Part shown: positions 27,104 through 27,780 of the stretch, one piece after another
Layout of the letters: every line of letters starts with the position of its first letter
Position numbering within the stretch: the stretch's first letter is position 1
NCBI GenBank assembly: GCA_019358935.1
Contig: JAHHIK010000108.1
Span: 1 to 27,780 of the forward strand
Reading direction: 5' to 3'
Length of the DNA stretch: 27,780 nucleotides
Source of the DNA: Tolypothrix carrinoi HA7290-LM1
GTDB taxonomy: Bacteria > Cyanobacteriota > Cyanobacteriia > Cyanobacteriales > Nostocaceae
Translations under genes and position numbers: made by a program
Notes under the pieces: generated by a model
Seen by the model: the letters and a program-made list of their open reading frames with translations, nothing else
Told to the model about the DNA's origin: nothing
Database searches by the model: none

Positions 27104-27557
27104 ATGACAGCATATCGCTCAACAACGTATATTCCCCCTTTGGTTGAGCAAGCACTTAAGCTAGCAGAACAAATAAACTTTAGTGCTAGTAGCAGCATCG
27201 AGGTGGGACGGCTTTTGTATGTTTTAACCGGTCACATCCAAGACGGGTTGATTGGTGAGATTGGAACCGATTGCGGTGTTGGTGCTGCTTGGATAGCCAG
27301 TGCGCTTGCACCCACAGCGTCTTTTGTGACCATTGAGTTGGACGAACAAAGGTCAGAGATCGTCCGAAAGCTCTTTGAACTTGTTCCAAATATTCGTGTT
27401 ATGACTGGTGACTGGCACGCACTTTTAAATGAAGGTTCTTTTGCTATGCTCTTTGCTGACGGTGGCAAAGCTAAACAGCATGAACCGGAAACTTTGTTGC
27501 AAGCGCTGCGACCAGGAGGTATTATTGTTTTGGATGATTTGACACCTCTTTCCTTAC
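27104..27557 (+). pseudogene. Class I SAM-dependent O-methyltransferase, interrupted by an IS200/IS605 element
   Basis: Manual translation: MTAYRSTTYIPPLVEQAL..GEIGTDCGVGAAWI..VTIELD..GDW..LFADGG..LRPGGIIVLDDLTP. It is absent from the ORF track because the frame has no stop before the window ends. Confidence 0.8.
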
Positions 27558-27780
27558 AAAAAGGTAGGTTGAAAGCCCCGCGCATTCATGCCGGGGATGA
27601 AAACCACGTCGTGGGGTTTACCCCACAGTGGTGCTTTTTGTGCTATTATTACACTATAGAGTTGAGCGTAAAGATGCTGGTATTTGAGGCAAAACTGGAA
27701 GGAACAAACGAGCAATACGGAAAGCTGGATGAGGCTATCCGCACAGCTCGTTTTGTTCGGAACAGATGTCTCAGATACTG
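27558..27780 (+). mobile_element. IS200/IS605-family (tnpB-only, IS1341-like) element, left end
   Basis: TTAC target (27554-57); AAAG (27572-75) at the foot of the hairpin CCCCGCGCATTCATGCCGGGG (27576-96); second hairpin GTGGGGTTTACCCCAC (27611-26); then tnpB. Confidence 0.85.
27674..27780 (+). CDS. tnpB: RNA-guided endonuclease TnpB, N-terminal fragment (truncated by the window)
   Basis: MLVFEAKLEGTNEQYGKLDEAIRTARFVRNRCLRY is a typical cyanobacterial TnpB N-terminus. Confidence 0.85.
   Translation, partial: MLVFEAKLEGTNEQYGKLDEAIRTARFVRNRCLRY

Noticed and set aside
27186..27585. Minus-strand ORFs 27186..27389 and 27232..27585
   Set aside because: They are antisense shadows of the plus-strand methyltransferase frame.

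Overview
This is a chromosomal window from a filamentous, Nostocales-like cyanobacterium, judged from dense HIP1 GCGATCGC sites, heptamer STRR arrays and SDR-type small repeats. The housekeeping backbone is: a 7Fe/8Fe ferredoxin, a LivF/NatE ATPase, two tandem beta-carbonic anhydrases, a JAB protease + moeB, the 2-oxoglutarate decarboxylase + succinic-semialdehyde dehydrogenase TCA shunt, an FHA-GAF adenylate cyclase, ylqF, two VOC proteins and fdhD. Six accessory or disrupted segments interrupt it. (1) An IS5-family end splits a pyroglutamyl peptidase gene. (2) A repeat-rich TpsA/haemagglutinin exoprotein has no partner gene beside it. (3) A four-gene CHAT-protease/STAND-ATPase + nuclease-like + membrane STAND-ATPase cluster has both ATPase genes frameshifted; one of the shifts is caused by a clean 25-nt insert inside a HIP1 site, whose removal restores a 494-aa protein. 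(4) A 1.7-kb TetR/AhpD islet is bracketed by a 210-bp duplication of the gabD 5' end and its upstream region. (5) Tiny repeat elements are nested up to four deep. (6) A tnpB-only IS200/IS605 element inserted after TTAC in a methyltransferase gene, leaving one continuous methyltransferase-TnpB frame that the ORF track misses. No rRNA, tRNA or CRISPR array was seen.
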